A DNA stretch of 57,073 nt from the NCBI GenBank assembly GCA_938074335.1, contig CALJEL010000016.1:1-57073 (forward strand). The letters run 5' to 3'. This DNA comes from an uncultured bacterium (GTDB lineage: Bacteria > Nitrospirota > Thermodesulfovibrionia > Thermodesulfovibrionales > CALJEL01). Each line of letters opens with the position of its first letter. Within the stretch, counting starts at the first letter, position 1. Shown here one piece after another: positions 10,071 through 19,422 of this stretch. The position numbers and the translations under genes are program-made. The notes under the pieces are model-generated. The model was not told the origin of the DNA and made no database searches. It worked only from the letters and a program-made list of their open reading frames with translations.

Positions 10071-10484
10071 CTACAAGTTTAAAGATTTTTCAATATATTG
10101 AATATATCTTTCAACATCACTCAGTTTACTTAATGCCTCTGTGCAGATCCGATTATAATCGATCCTTTCATAATCATGGGCAAGAAAATTTCTAAACGAG
10201 GCAATGCGAGCAAAGCTATAAGCAAATTCAGGTGGAATGATTTTATTTTCACCAAGTATATCTATAGCCTCACTATAACTCTGAGGAGTTCTGAGGTCTT
10301 TGTATCTGATGATCATCTCTGCTAAAGAAATAGAGGTATCAGCAATAAGATACAGATAATGTAATAAGGCACCTCTGTATACAGGGTCAATCAAGATCTT
10401 CTTCTCGCACTCCCTCTCAATATCCTTAAGAATTCTGATATATTCCCTCGTCCTTTCAATCCTTATCCTGATCGGTTCTATCAT
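10071..10484 (-). CDS. hepT: HepT-like HEPN RNase toxin (DUF86)
   Basis: RNFLAHDY (RX4HXY) motif; translationally coupled to the upstream MNT gene. Confidence 0.85.
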   Translation of the reverse strand: MIEPIRIRIERTREYIRILKDIERECEKKILIDPVYRGALLHYLYLIADTSISLAEMIIRYKDLRTPQSYSEAIDILGENKIIPPEFAYSFARIASFRNFLAHDYERIDYNRICTEALSKLSDVERYIQYIEKSLNL

Positions 10485-10894
10485 CTTCCAAGAAGGGCCT
10501 TCCTCTGCTCTTTAAAATCTATTGTATCATGAATGATACGGACTTCAAAGTCCTTCCTTAAGGAAATATCTTCATCATACACGATTATGCCCTCTCTGAT
10601 GATATCGTCCATCAAGATAATATTTTGGGTAGTATTAAGGACCAGAAGATCGATATTATTTCTTCTGAGCTCCCTGCTCAGAAAAAGGGTAAGTTGAAGT
10701 TCTTCTTCAAGTGAGGGGCTTCTGTTAAAATATACAGCTATATCAATATCACTAAGAGGTCCTGAAAGACCCCTGGGGATGGAACCAAATAGATAGGCAA
10801 ACCTCACCTTTATGGTATTGTCTGTAAGATTAAATCTCTTAAAGAGCTCCCTTAATTTCTCTTCAATCTGTTGCACAAAACCCTCTGTTTTCAC
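10481..10894 (-). CDS. mntA: MntA-like minimal nucleotidyltransferase antitoxin
   Basis: FGS-X10-DID motif; the ORF-track start at 10948 lies inside a repeat, so GTG 10894 is used (start uncertain). Confidence 0.82.
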   Translation of the reverse strand: MKTEGFVQQIEEKLRELFKRFNLTDNTIKVRFAYLFGSIPRGLSGPLSDIDIAVYFNRSPSLEEELQLTLFLSRELRRNNIDLLVLNTTQNIILMDDIIREGIIVYDEDISLRKDFEVRIIHDTIDFKEQRKALLGR

Positions 10895-10913
10895 CGTAAT
10901 GCCCACAGAATCC

Positions 10914-11060
10914 AATAAACCCTTCAATAAAACTGGCAGGCTGCCCATATTTCGGGGTTCACGGACTGAAGCTTATTTCACCCCTTGCTCTAAAGGCAAT
11001 ACTCACACCCCGGAAAATCTGACGATTTTCTGGGGATCCCGCTTGCAACACCTTAATAGA
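10914..11060 (-). repeat. Two-hairpin element, copy 2 (degenerate, chimeric)
   Basis: Reverse-complement match to 19-146 and direct match to 23242-23389. Confidence 0.88.
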
Positions 11061-11260
11061 TCAGTAGACCAGCAGTCCTTATTAAGAATATTTTATCATA
11101 CTTAACTGTTGCTCTGTTTATTAGCTACTGCTCTGCTGCGCTGTTGCTCTTCTGGTCTAAGAAGACTTTGAGGCAGCCTGGCAGTAGGGTACCGGCAAAA
11201 TAGGGTTTTCACACAGGGCTTTCAAGCTCCTTTAAACTCAGGGTATAATATCATTATAAT

Positions 11261-12916
11261 ATGAGGCTTGGCATATCCGCAAAATTTCTTCTTTCAAGTG
11301 GACTTATCCTCAGTCTCTGCCTTGGCATATCCTTTTACATAATTGCAAAGCATCAGGAATCCCTGATTCTTGAACAGGCAAAGAATGAAGCAAGGGCGAT
11401 ATTCAGACAGATAATCCTTACAAGAAAATGGGTTGCTGATCATGGGGGAATATTTGTTGAACAGAAACCATGGATAAAGCCAAATACCTATCTCAGTCAG
11501 GTGGATGAAGAACCTGCCACCATGGATATAAGGGGCAGAAAATTTATTAAACAAAACCCTGCCTATGTTACAAGAGAGCTATCACGATATGCTAAGGAGA
11601 AGGAGCTATACTGGTTCAAGATCACAAGCCTTAAACTTCTAAATCCAATGAATTCACCTGATGAATGGGAAAGACAGGCTTTGAAGGAATTTGAACTCTC
11701 TAATAAAAAAGAAATGGCAGCTTTTCATAATATCAATGGTCAGAGGTATCTCAGATATATTTCACCCCTTTATGTAGAAGATTCCTGTATGAAGTGTCAT
11801 TCAAAGCAGGGATATAGAGTTGGAGATGTGAGAGGAGCAATAAGTGTGACCATACCTGTAGAAAGGACATTTGCGGAAATAGATAAAAATAGAGAGAGGA
11901 TGCTTATAGCAGCCTTACTCACACTATCCATACTTATGACTACGCTGTACTTCTTTGTAAATAAGCTCACACTCTCACCTCTTAAAAAACTAAAAGAAGC
12001 CATACAGGGTTTTTCAGAAGGAGAGGCTCCTCAGAGAGATCTCCTCAGGACAGGTGATGAGATAGAAAGTATTGCCACCTCCTTCTACCAGATGGCAGAA
12101 AGACTCACGGAATATCATAACTGCCTTCATGACAGGATAAAATCTGCTGTTCAAGAACTGGAAGAGACAAATAAAAAACTGATTGAATCAAACAGACTCC
12201 TCTCCGAGACAAATCAAAAAAAGTCTGACTTCATAGCAAGGGCATCCCATGAGCTGAGGACACCCCTGACATCTATAAAAGGGGCCCTTGATTATCTGAG
12301 CCACAGATTAAATATGCTTGGTCTTAATGGAGATGATGGAGAGTTTGTGGAGATGATTAAAAGGAATACAGACAGATTGATAAAAATGGTAAATGATATG
12401 CTTGATATAGAAAAGATTGAAGCCGGGCTTCAGGAACCTAATATCAGAGAATCAGACCTGTGCGTTATAATTAACGAATGCCTTGAAAACTTCAAACTGG
12501 ACGCTGAATCCAAGGGGATAAGATTCTCACTGGAGATGTCACCACCACTACCCTGCCCTGTTGATGAGGAGAGGATAAAACAGGTCTTTACTAACCTCAT
12601 TTCTAATGCCCTGAGATGGAGTCCACCTGATTCAGGTATATCAATAAAGGCAAAAAGGCTCAACGGTACAATCACAGTGGAGATATCTGATAATGGTCCT
12701 GGTATAGATCCTGAGGAACAGCATAAGGTCTTTGAGAAGTTTTATAAAAGATCAAAGGACGGGACAGGACTGGGGCTTACCATAGCAAAGAGCATCGTGG
12801 AAGCACATGGTGGAGAGATAGGTGTAAAGAGCGATGGAAAGCAAGGAAGCACCTTTTATGTCAGGTTAAGGACTGCGGATAGTCCTGAGGGAATCCCGGG
12901 ACTTAAGACAAAGTGA
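11261..12916 (+). CDS. Sensor histidine kinase with periplasmic DUF3365-like heme c domain
   Basis: TM, periplasmic domain with CMKCH, TM, HAMP, SHELRTPL H-box, N/G1/F/G2 boxes. Confidence 0.9.
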   Translation: MRLGISAKFLLSSGLILSLCLGISFYIIAKHQESLILEQAKNEARAIFRQIILTRKWVADHGGIFVEQKPWIKPNTYLSQVDEEPATMDIRGRKFIKQNPAYVTRELSRYAKEKELYWFKITSLKLLNPMNSPDEWERQALKEFELSNKKEMAAFHNINGQRYLRYISPLYVEDSCMKCHSKQGYRVGDVRGAISVTIPVERTFAEIDKNRERMLIAALLTLSILMTTLYFFVNKLTLSPLKKLKEAIQGFSEGEAPQRDLLRTGDEIESIATSFYQMAERLTEYHNCLHDRIKSAVQELEETNKKLIESNRLLSETNQKKSDFIARASHELRTPLTSIKGALDYLSHRLNMLGLNGDDGEFVEMIKRNTDRLIKMVNDMLDIEKIEAGLQEPNIRESDLCVIINECLENFKLDAESKGIRFSLEMSPPLPCPVDEERIKQVFTNLISNALRWSPPDSGISIKAKRLNGTITVEISDNGPGIDPEEQHKVFEKFYKRSKDGTGLGLTIAKSIVEAHGGEIGVKSDGKQGSTFYVRLRTADSPEGIPGLKTK

Positions 12917-12941
12917 ATAAGGATACAAAAATTTTAAAGAT

Positions 12942-13631
12942 ATGAAAATGGAAAAACCTCTTATACTTGTGGTGGATGATGACCAAGATATATTGAAGGT
13001 CCTGAAGGCAAATCTTGAACTTCACGATTTCCATGTCCTTACAGCAGACTCCTGTGCCTCTGCCAAAAAGATATTCCTCCATAAAAGACCTGATTTAATA
13101 ATACTCGATATAATGCTTCCTGATGGGGACGGTGTCCAGATTTGCAGGGAGATAAGAAAAGACCATCCCTATCTTCCTGTTATAATGCTCACCGCAAAGG
13201 ACAAGCTTTCAGATAAGGTAATAGGCCTTGAAAGCGGTGCTGATGATTATATAGTAAAACCCTTTGAGACCCTTGAACTCATAGCAAGAATAAAGGCATG
13301 CCTCAGGAGAACAAAACCGAAAGAAGAAGAGATAAGAATAGGAAATCTCTTTATAGACCTGAAAAGAAGACTTGTAAAAAAATCAGAAAGGCCTGTTGAA
13401 CTCACTCCAAAGGAATATAACCTCCTCTGCTATCTTGCAATAAACAGAGAGAGGGTTGTATCAAGGCAAGAGTTGAGGGAACGCCTCTGGAAGGACAACA
13501 AACTCTATTCCTGGAGCAGGGTCATTGATGTTCATATAATGCATCTCCGAGAAAAGATAGAGGATAATCCCTCAGAACCCTCATATATAGTAACAATCCC
13601 GGGGGCAGGGTATAAGTTCAGGGAGGTATAA
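12942..13631 (+). CDS. OmpR/PhoB-family response regulator
   Basis: VVDDD, LDIMLP, GADDYIVKPF receiver; winged-helix IDVHI..LREKIE. Confidence 0.93.
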   Translation: MKMEKPLILVVDDDQDILKVLKANLELHDFHVLTADSCASAKKIFLHKRPDLIILDIMLPDGDGVQICREIRKDHPYLPVIMLTAKDKLSDKVIGLESGADDYIVKPFETLELIARIKACLRRTKPKEEEIRIGNLFIDLKRRLVKKSERPVELTPKEYNLLCYLAINRERVVSRQELRERLWKDNKLYSWSRVIDVHIMHLREKIEDNPSEPSYIVTIPGAGYKFREV

Positions 13632-13632
13632 A

Positions 13633-13881
13633 TTACTCCTCATCATAGCAGAAATAGGCAAGATAGACATTACTTATACCTTCTATCTCTTTAAGGCTAT
13701 CCAGTTCTCTCCTTATCCTTCCTTCCACGCCAGGCATACCTTCAAGGTCTCTTTCCATAAGGAATACTATCTTCTGCTCCTTTATATCGTGAACCTCCAG
13801 GTTTCTTTCCTTTAATGCCTCAATAATTAAAGGTATCGCCTCCCTGTCATTTACCTCAATATAGCCACTCACAATAATCAT
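13633..13881 (-). CDS. napD: NapD-like chaperone
   Basis: 82 aa ferredoxin-like pattern (IVSG...KIVFLME...LKEIEGI); last gene of the nap cluster. Confidence 0.7.
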   Translation of the reverse strand: MIIVSGYIEVNDREAIPLIIEALKERNLEVHDIKEQKIVFLMERDLEGMPGVEGRIRRELDSLKEIEGISNVYLAYFCYDEE

Positions 13882-14744
13882 CCAGTTCTCCTGAAACCTA
13901 TCTTTATAAGCCTGCCCTTTGTATTACAGGCGTCCACACACCTTCCACAGTAAATACAGTTTGAATCCCTGAGAGACTTGCGGTCAAGATAGGGTGTGAG
14001 TTTTACCTGCATATAACAGAGCTCTTCGCAGTAGTGGCATTCACCACATTCTCCCTCAAGAAACTTTATCCTGATAAGGCTTAATTTATTAAATAATCCA
14101 TATACCTTTCCAACAGGGCAGAGTGTCCTGCACCAGAGCCTTGGGAAAATATAATCAAGGATCAGAAACAAAACTATCATCCCAACTGAAAATACTATTA
14201 CTGTATTGTCCACAGGAAGCCTTAAGACAAGGAAGATACCTCCTGTCAGGAATCTGAAAAAATTTGTTAAATGGGAAAGATAATTCGTAAAAAAAGGTAT
14301 TCCAATAAGGGCTGAAACAATGAGCAGTATGCCGGCAAGACCGTATCCAATCTTTTCTTTACCCTTTCTGATATTCAATCTTAAGCCTTTAACCCTGTCA
14401 ACCATCTCAAATAGAAGGTCCATTGGACAGACCCATCCGCAAAAGGCCCTGCCAATGATAGTGTAAATAGCAAATACCGGTAGAACTGATACTAATGCTA
14501 TAACCGTTAAGTCCTTTGATGAAAAGAGGTTTTCAAGAAAGGCAAAGACATCTATAAGATTCACAAACCACAGGGCAAGAGAACCTGTCAGGCCTCCAAC
14601 AAGGATCTTTATCCTGAGAAATTGCAACAGGAACAAAGCTATTATCCCGAGCATGACAAAACGCCTGAGTGTTGATAAAGGTATTCTTTTCTTAATTCTG
14701 GGATTCAGCTTTTCTGTACCACCCTTATCTGTATTCACGCTCAA
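13878..14744 (-). CDS. napH: NapH quinol dehydrogenase membrane subunit
   Basis: GRAFCGWVCP, WCRTLCP, two C-terminal 4Fe-4S motifs, TM helices. Confidence 0.9.
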   Translation of the reverse strand: MSVNTDKGGTEKLNPRIKKRIPLSTLRRFVMLGIIALFLLQFLRIKILVGGLTGSLALWFVNLIDVFAFLENLFSSKDLTVIALVSVLPVFAIYTIIGRAFCGWVCPMDLLFEMVDRVKGLRLNIRKGKEKIGYGLAGILLIVSALIGIPFFTNYLSHLTNFFRFLTGGIFLVLRLPVDNTVIVFSVGMIVLFLILDYIFPRLWCRTLCPVGKVYGLFNKLSLIRIKFLEGECGECHYCEELCYMQVKLTPYLDRKSLRDSNCIYCGRCVDACNTKGRLIKIGFRRTG

Positions 14745-15477
14745 CTATCTTACCTCTTGCCATTATCTCTGGCATATTCATACCATAGACAATATTGTAT
14801 CGCTCTTCAGGAGGCATTGATAAAAGTTTTCTGAATTCTGCTGTATATTTCTCTTTTACCTCTGTATATCTTTCCCTCCTTATAACCTTTACAGCAGAGC
14901 CTCCAAGGGGACAGTATTTCACACAGAGACCGCAGCCAACACAGTTGTCATTTATATAAGGTTGATTTCCCCACTCACCATAAAAAAAATCAAACACCCC
15001 TGCACCCAGGGGGCAGGCCTTACTACAACTCAGGCAGACATCCCCATTCCAGCCAAAACAGAGACTGAAGTCAATCAATGCCATTCCCATCTTCACCTCC
15101 TCCTTATTTACAGGTCTTAATGCACCAGTAGGACATTTTGCAGGACATTCCATACATAATCCACAGGGAAAATCCCTCATGTTTTTTATAAAGGGGGTCC
15201 CGAAGTTTTTAATGTCCTTCAAGCCCGCTATGGCAATGGCATCATATTTCATCACATGGCAGACATTTACACAGACACCGCAGCCTATACATCTTGAACG
15301 AAATTCCCTCTCTGGCAATGCACCTGGTGGCCTTATGAGCCCACCCGCATCAATATCTGGAAGCGGTCCTGTTTCATCTTCCGTAAAGGCCTGTTTAAAA
15401 ACAGTTAAACCATTACCTGCTATTAAAGCAGGGCTTATTGACAATATTTCTATAAACTTTCTTCTTGAAAGTTTCAT
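14725..15477 (-). CDS. napG: NapG periplasmic ferredoxin-type protein
   Basis: Tat-like SRRKF, IRPPGA, multiple Cys cluster motifs, CPTGAL. Confidence 0.9.
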   Translation of the reverse strand: MKLSRRKFIEILSISPALIAGNGLTVFKQAFTEDETGPLPDIDAGGLIRPPGALPEREFRSRCIGCGVCVNVCHVMKYDAIAIAGLKDIKNFGTPFIKNMRDFPCGLCMECPAKCPTGALRPVNKEEVKMGMALIDFSLCFGWNGDVCLSCSKACPLGAGVFDFFYGEWGNQPYINDNCVGCGLCVKYCPLGGSAVKVIRRERYTEVKEKYTAEFRKLLSMPPEERYNIVYGMNMPEIMARGKIVEREYR

Positions 15478-15489
15478 CTGATGAACTAA

Positions 15490-15534
15490 AAATAGGCTGA
15501 AGGAGTTGCTTAGATATTATTTCCTTCAGCCTAT
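15490..15534 (-). terminator. Hairpin between napA and napG (terminator or mRNA-stabilising stem)
   Basis: 13-bp inverted repeat ATAGGCTGAAGGA/TCCTTCAGCCTAT followed by a T-run on the minus strand. Confidence 0.55.
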
Positions 15535-15543
15535 CTCAGCTAT

Positions 15544-18500
15544 TTATGCAATCACCTTTGCCGGCTCAGCCTGTTTTGTCTTTGTCTTGCCCTTATAAAG
15601 CTTTACTGCAAACATCTTGTAATCTGCCTGGAAGCTAAAGGGATCAAAGGCATCGCGCATTATCATATTGATAAGCTTGTATTCATCAAACCACGGGATG
15701 AATACATAGTCCCACCTCGGACCACCTGTTGCCTTTGTAACGTCCAGGACCTTTGCAGGCAGTTCAATCTTTCCCCTCGGAGATTCCACAATCACGGAAT
15801 CACCATTCTTTATCCCAAGCCTCTTTGCCAGTGCCTCGCTGAGCTCCACATAAGCACCCGGCATTGCCCTGCTGAGTTCAGAGACCCTCGTTGTCATACT
15901 GCCAGAATGCCAGTGCTCTATGACCCGTCCAGTGCATGCACCATATTCATAACCCCTTGTATCAATGATCAGGAGCTCCGAGCCATCTGGTTTTTTGTAA
16001 GAATGTCTTAAACCCGGAAACTCTGCTGGGCTCAAGGCTATGAGCTTGAGGCTATTGCTGTCAGAATCAGGGTCTCCCACGAGGCTTACAGTGTATTTTG
16101 CCACCTCATCAAAGGGAAGGGTACTGTTTTCATCAACCTTCTGGGGATTGAACCTTCTTTCTACAACCTCAACTGTCCTGTATTTTATAAATCCCTTTCC
16201 ATCAAATTTGCATGCCCACCATGGATTTGCCCAGGCAATTGCCCGACCATCCCAGCAGGGGATCTTCTTACCATCCGGTAAATCCACCATACCGTGAATA
16301 AAGGCATTAGAATTATAAAAACTCGCATACCAGCCCTCTGGCAATGCCTCCCTCTTATGATATTCAGAATCTGCCCTCATCTCATTGATATTCTTCTCAA
16401 GCCATGCTCCATAAACAGGATTGAATTCCTTCATATTCTTAATGTAAAAAGCTGTCTTGCCTTCTATATGGGGGTCATAGGGATAGGCATACTGAATGCT
16501 TGAATTGTATTTATCATATCTCTTTCTGATCTCAGGGTCTTTGTGAACCTCCTCAGGGAAGGGAATCCTGTATCCCCAGTTTCTCTCAAGGAGAAGCTCC
16601 CTCTTCATACCGCTGAAGTCATAGCCTGTTCCTTTTGAAAGCTGTCTCAGCTCATCCCAGATATTCCAGGAAAACTTTCTGTTCCAGTCCTTATGCCTTC
16701 CTGCCTCAATGGTCTTTTTAAGCCAGTCCTTACCATCATACTCCTCAGGCCAGAACTGAGATACATGACCTTTTGGTACAATCCCCTTTTCCTCCAGCCT
16801 CCTCATTATACAGGCAAATATGGTGTGATCAGGAAGGGTATTTCCATAAGGTTCAATAACCTGTTTTATAACCTGATATCTTCTCTCAAGATTCCCAAAT
16901 ATAAACTCCTTTTCAAACCAGCTTGATGCTCCAAGCACAATGTCAGAGACCTGTGTGGTGGCATTTGGAAAGGCCTCGAGGGTAACAATAAGAGGCCATG
17001 GTTCGCCCTTCTGAGCAGCACCCATTGCAAGCCTGTACGGCCAGGCATAGGGAAGACTCTGCCCGGCATTCACGGTAGAGATAAATTGAACTTTTATCTG
17101 TCCTGCACCAAGCCTCCTGAACATCTCTACTGTATGAGGACCTGGTTTGTCATGTATCTTTATCTTTTCTGTCTCTGCCTTTATCTCATCTTCTGAAAAT
17201 CCCTTTTTCTTCAGATATTCCGCAGCCCTTTCTTTCCATATCTTTTCCACTGCCTGCCTGTGAAGTGGATTTACCACAAGCCTTCCATAGGGAAGGGCAT
17301 GGCAGAGGGCACCAGGTGCCCTTATCCCACCACAGGCATTTGGCTGACCTGTAAAGCTGAAGGAATGCCTTCCGGGTTTTACAGCCTTACCTGTTATCAA
17401 ATGAAGCATATGCAGTGTGGCATTCGCCCATGTCCCCTGAAGCTTCTGGTTTACACCCATGCACCAGGCAGAAAGCGTATATCCCTCGGCGAACCATCTT
17501 GCTGCAAGCCTTATTGCCTCTGGACCACTCAGTTTCTTCCAGGCCCTTGTTTGTCTGTCATAAAGCAGAGGGGATTCGCCCTCAAATATTATGTCCGATA
17601 CCTTCTCAGGACTGTAATCCTCAAGAAACCTCAGGAATATAGCAAAGCCTTTATAAAGGTCCTTCATTATCTCCTCTTCAGAGGCATATTTCTTCTTTGG
17701 ATCAGGATAGACCTTTCTTGGCGTATTTGTATATGTAAGGTCCCAGACCTCTCCTCTTGTACCTCCATAGCTCGTTTTAATCCATGTCTTCTTTACATCT
17801 TCATGGATTCCAAAGCTCACATGTCTTTCAATAAACTTTTTATCAAGATATTTCCACCTTGCCTCCACAGTACCCTTTTCTACATCATATCTTGCCTCAT
17901 CAAGCTCATGGGTAATTACATAGGCAATGGAATTCAGAAGCACAAGGTCCCTGCCACTTGCAAAGGGTAGCCATAGGTCTGCTATTGTGCCAGAACGGGT
18001 CTTTCTTGGATCAGCAAGTATAACCCTGACTTTATCAGGAGCCTTCTGTTTTAAGGCGGCCATCCTGTTAAATATTATTGGATGTGCTTCTGCTGTATTA
18101 TTGCCAATAATAAAGAATGTATCTGCATGTTTGCCGAAATCAGGATCAGGCACATCTATATCATCAAGTGAACCATAGGGCTCATCCTTACCAAAAGTAT
18201 AGAGATAGCCCACCACTGCAGAGGCCATACACATCCTTGGCTGACCCTCAATAGAATTATTAGCAAGCATTCCTCCACCTTTGAAGACCTTATTCATTAC
18301 ATGGGTCTCCTCAGTGCCAAGCTGACCACTTCCGTAAAAGGCTACACTAAACCTTCCATGCTCTTTTACAGATTTTTCCACTGCAGTAGCAACAAACTCT
18401 ATTGCCTCCTCCCAGGGTATCTCAACAAAGTTTTCTTTAAGGTCAATCTCAGAGGGTTTCATTCCCTTAGGGTCTTTTGTCGTCTTTCCCTGAAGAACCC

Positions 18501-18873
18501 TTGGAGAATTCTTCAGGTCAGGCTTTCCGGTCTTAGGGTTGATCCATTCCTTTCTTATAAGGGCACCCCTTGGTCTTTCCTTATAGGCGATCGCCTTATG
18601 GAGATAAAATCCCTTTGTACATAGAACTCCCCTGTTTACAGGACTTTTGAGGTCACCTTTCAGGCTCAGGACCTTAAGGACCTTTCCTGAATCATCCACC
18701 TCACAATCAGCCACTATTGTACATCCTACTGCACAAAACCTACATTGACCAACTGGTATCGTCTTTACAGGAAAGGGGGCTGCAAGGACCTTTAATGGAC
18801 TCTCAATACCTGCTGCAGAGGCAGCTGCTACTATTGCACTTGTCTTAAGAAATTCCCTTCTGCTGAGTTTCAT
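15544..18873 (-). CDS. napA: Periplasmic nitrate reductase catalytic subunit (unusually long)
   Basis: Tat SRREFLK, CRFCAVGC...C cluster, GSGQ, RMCMASA Mo-ligand Cys, TGQPNACG, EHWHSGSMT; napGHD downstream. Confidence 0.88.
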   Translation of the reverse strand: MKLSRREFLKTSAIVAAASAAGIESPLKVLAAPFPVKTIPVGQCRFCAVGCTIVADCEVDDSGKVLKVLSLKGDLKSPVNRGVLCTKGFYLHKAIAYKERPRGALIRKEWINPKTGKPDLKNSPRVLQGKTTKDPKGMKPSEIDLKENFVEIPWEEAIEFVATAVEKSVKEHGRFSVAFYGSGQLGTEETHVMNKVFKGGGMLANNSIEGQPRMCMASAVVGYLYTFGKDEPYGSLDDIDVPDPDFGKHADTFFIIGNNTAEAHPIIFNRMAALKQKAPDKVRVILADPRKTRSGTIADLWLPFASGRDLVLLNSIAYVITHELDEARYDVEKGTVEARWKYLDKKFIERHVSFGIHEDVKKTWIKTSYGGTRGEVWDLTYTNTPRKVYPDPKKKYASEEEIMKDLYKGFAIFLRFLEDYSPEKVSDIIFEGESPLLYDRQTRAWKKLSGPEAIRLAARWFAEGYTLSAWCMGVNQKLQGTWANATLHMLHLITGKAVKPGRHSFSFTGQPNACGGIRAPGALCHALPYGRLVVNPLHRQAVEKIWKERAAEYLKKKGFSEDEIKAETEKIKIHDKPGPHTVEMFRRLGAGQIKVQFISTVNAGQSLPYAWPYRLAMGAAQKGEPWPLIVTLEAFPNATTQVSDIVLGASSWFEKEFIFGNLERRYQVIKQVIEPYGNTLPDHTIFACIMRRLEEKGIVPKGHVSQFWPEEYDGKDWLKKTIEAGRHKDWNRKFSWNIWDELRQLSKGTGYDFSGMKRELLLERNWGYRIPFPEEVHKDPEIRKRYDKYNSSIQYAYPYDPHIEGKTAFYIKNMKEFNPVYGAWLEKNINEMRADSEYHKREALPEGWYASFYNSNAFIHGMVDLPDGKKIPCWDGRAIAWANPWWACKFDGKGFIKYRTVEVVERRFNPQKVDENSTLPFDEVAKYTVSLVGDPDSDSNSLKLIALSPAEFPGLRHSYKKPDGSELLIIDTRGYEYGACTGRVIEHWHSGSMTTRVSELSRAMPGAYVELSEALAKRLGIKNGDSVIVESPRGKIELPAKVLDVTKATGGPRWDYVFIPWFDEYKLINMIMRDAFDPFSFQADYKMFAVKLYKGKTKTKQAEPAKVIA

Positions 18874-19373
18874 TTCTTTACCTCCTTAATTGAAGGTTTT
18901 ATTGAATAGCTCATTGCACCAACTTTATCACCGGCAGGTGAATAGTCTCCATTTGCAGCTACTGCCATTACTGTAAAAACTACATCTGTCTTTTCAGAGG
19001 GAGCCTGCCATTGAAAGACCCATCTTCTTGATTCATTTCCCTCCTGTGTATGGGTGAGAAATCCATTAATAAGCTGGGTAGTCTTCTTATCCTTAACAAG
19101 TAATTTGCCGGCTGATACCTCAAGGCTGAAGCCACCTTTACTCTCACTCATGCTTTCAAGGTCTGAGTTTACAACAACTGTCATTGTGTATATCTTACGC
19201 GGGACATAAGAAGTCGGTATTCCTTCAATCTTTACGAGCTCAGGAATTATCTCTCCTTCATGACAGCTCAGGCATTCCATATTGGGAGAGCTGTTTCTGT
19301 GACCATAACTGTATGAGATCACCAGGCCAGAAAAAAGAAAGCTCAAAAGAAAGATTATTAATGCCTTCTTCAT
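18870..19373 (-). CDS. Secreted monoheme c-type cytochrome with Reeler-like beta domain
   Basis: Signal peptide, single CLSCH, GGFSL...LTHT...WVFQWQAP...AVAANGD pattern; stop overlaps napA start. Confidence 0.65.
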   Translation of the reverse strand: MKKALIIFLLSFLFSGLVISYSYGHRNSSPNMECLSCHEGEIIPELVKIEGIPTSYVPRKIYTMTVVVNSDLESMSESKGGFSLEVSAGKLLVKDKKTTQLINGFLTHTQEGNESRRWVFQWQAPSEKTDVVFTVMAVAANGDYSPAGDKVGAMSYSIKPSIKEVKK

Positions 19374-19388
19374 GACCTTTCTCCTTTT

Positions 19389-19416
19389 AAAAGGGCGGTG
19401 CCAGTGGCATCGCCCT
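19389..19416 (-). terminator. Intrinsic terminator-like hairpin after the nitrite reductase gene
   Basis: AGGGCGGTGCCA/TGGCATCGCCCT stem followed by TTTT on the minus strand. Confidence 0.6.
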
Positions 19417-19422
19417 AATTCA

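Noticed and set aside
10914-11150. Integron attC interpretation of hairpins next to TA genes
   Set aside because: No RYYYAAC/GTTRRRY core pairs, no tandem cassette array and no integrase in the window
17260-17970. Long plus-strand ORFs such as 17260-17970, 50376-51053 and 44079-44639
   Set aside because: Antisense shadows of well-supported genes, with no motifs of their own
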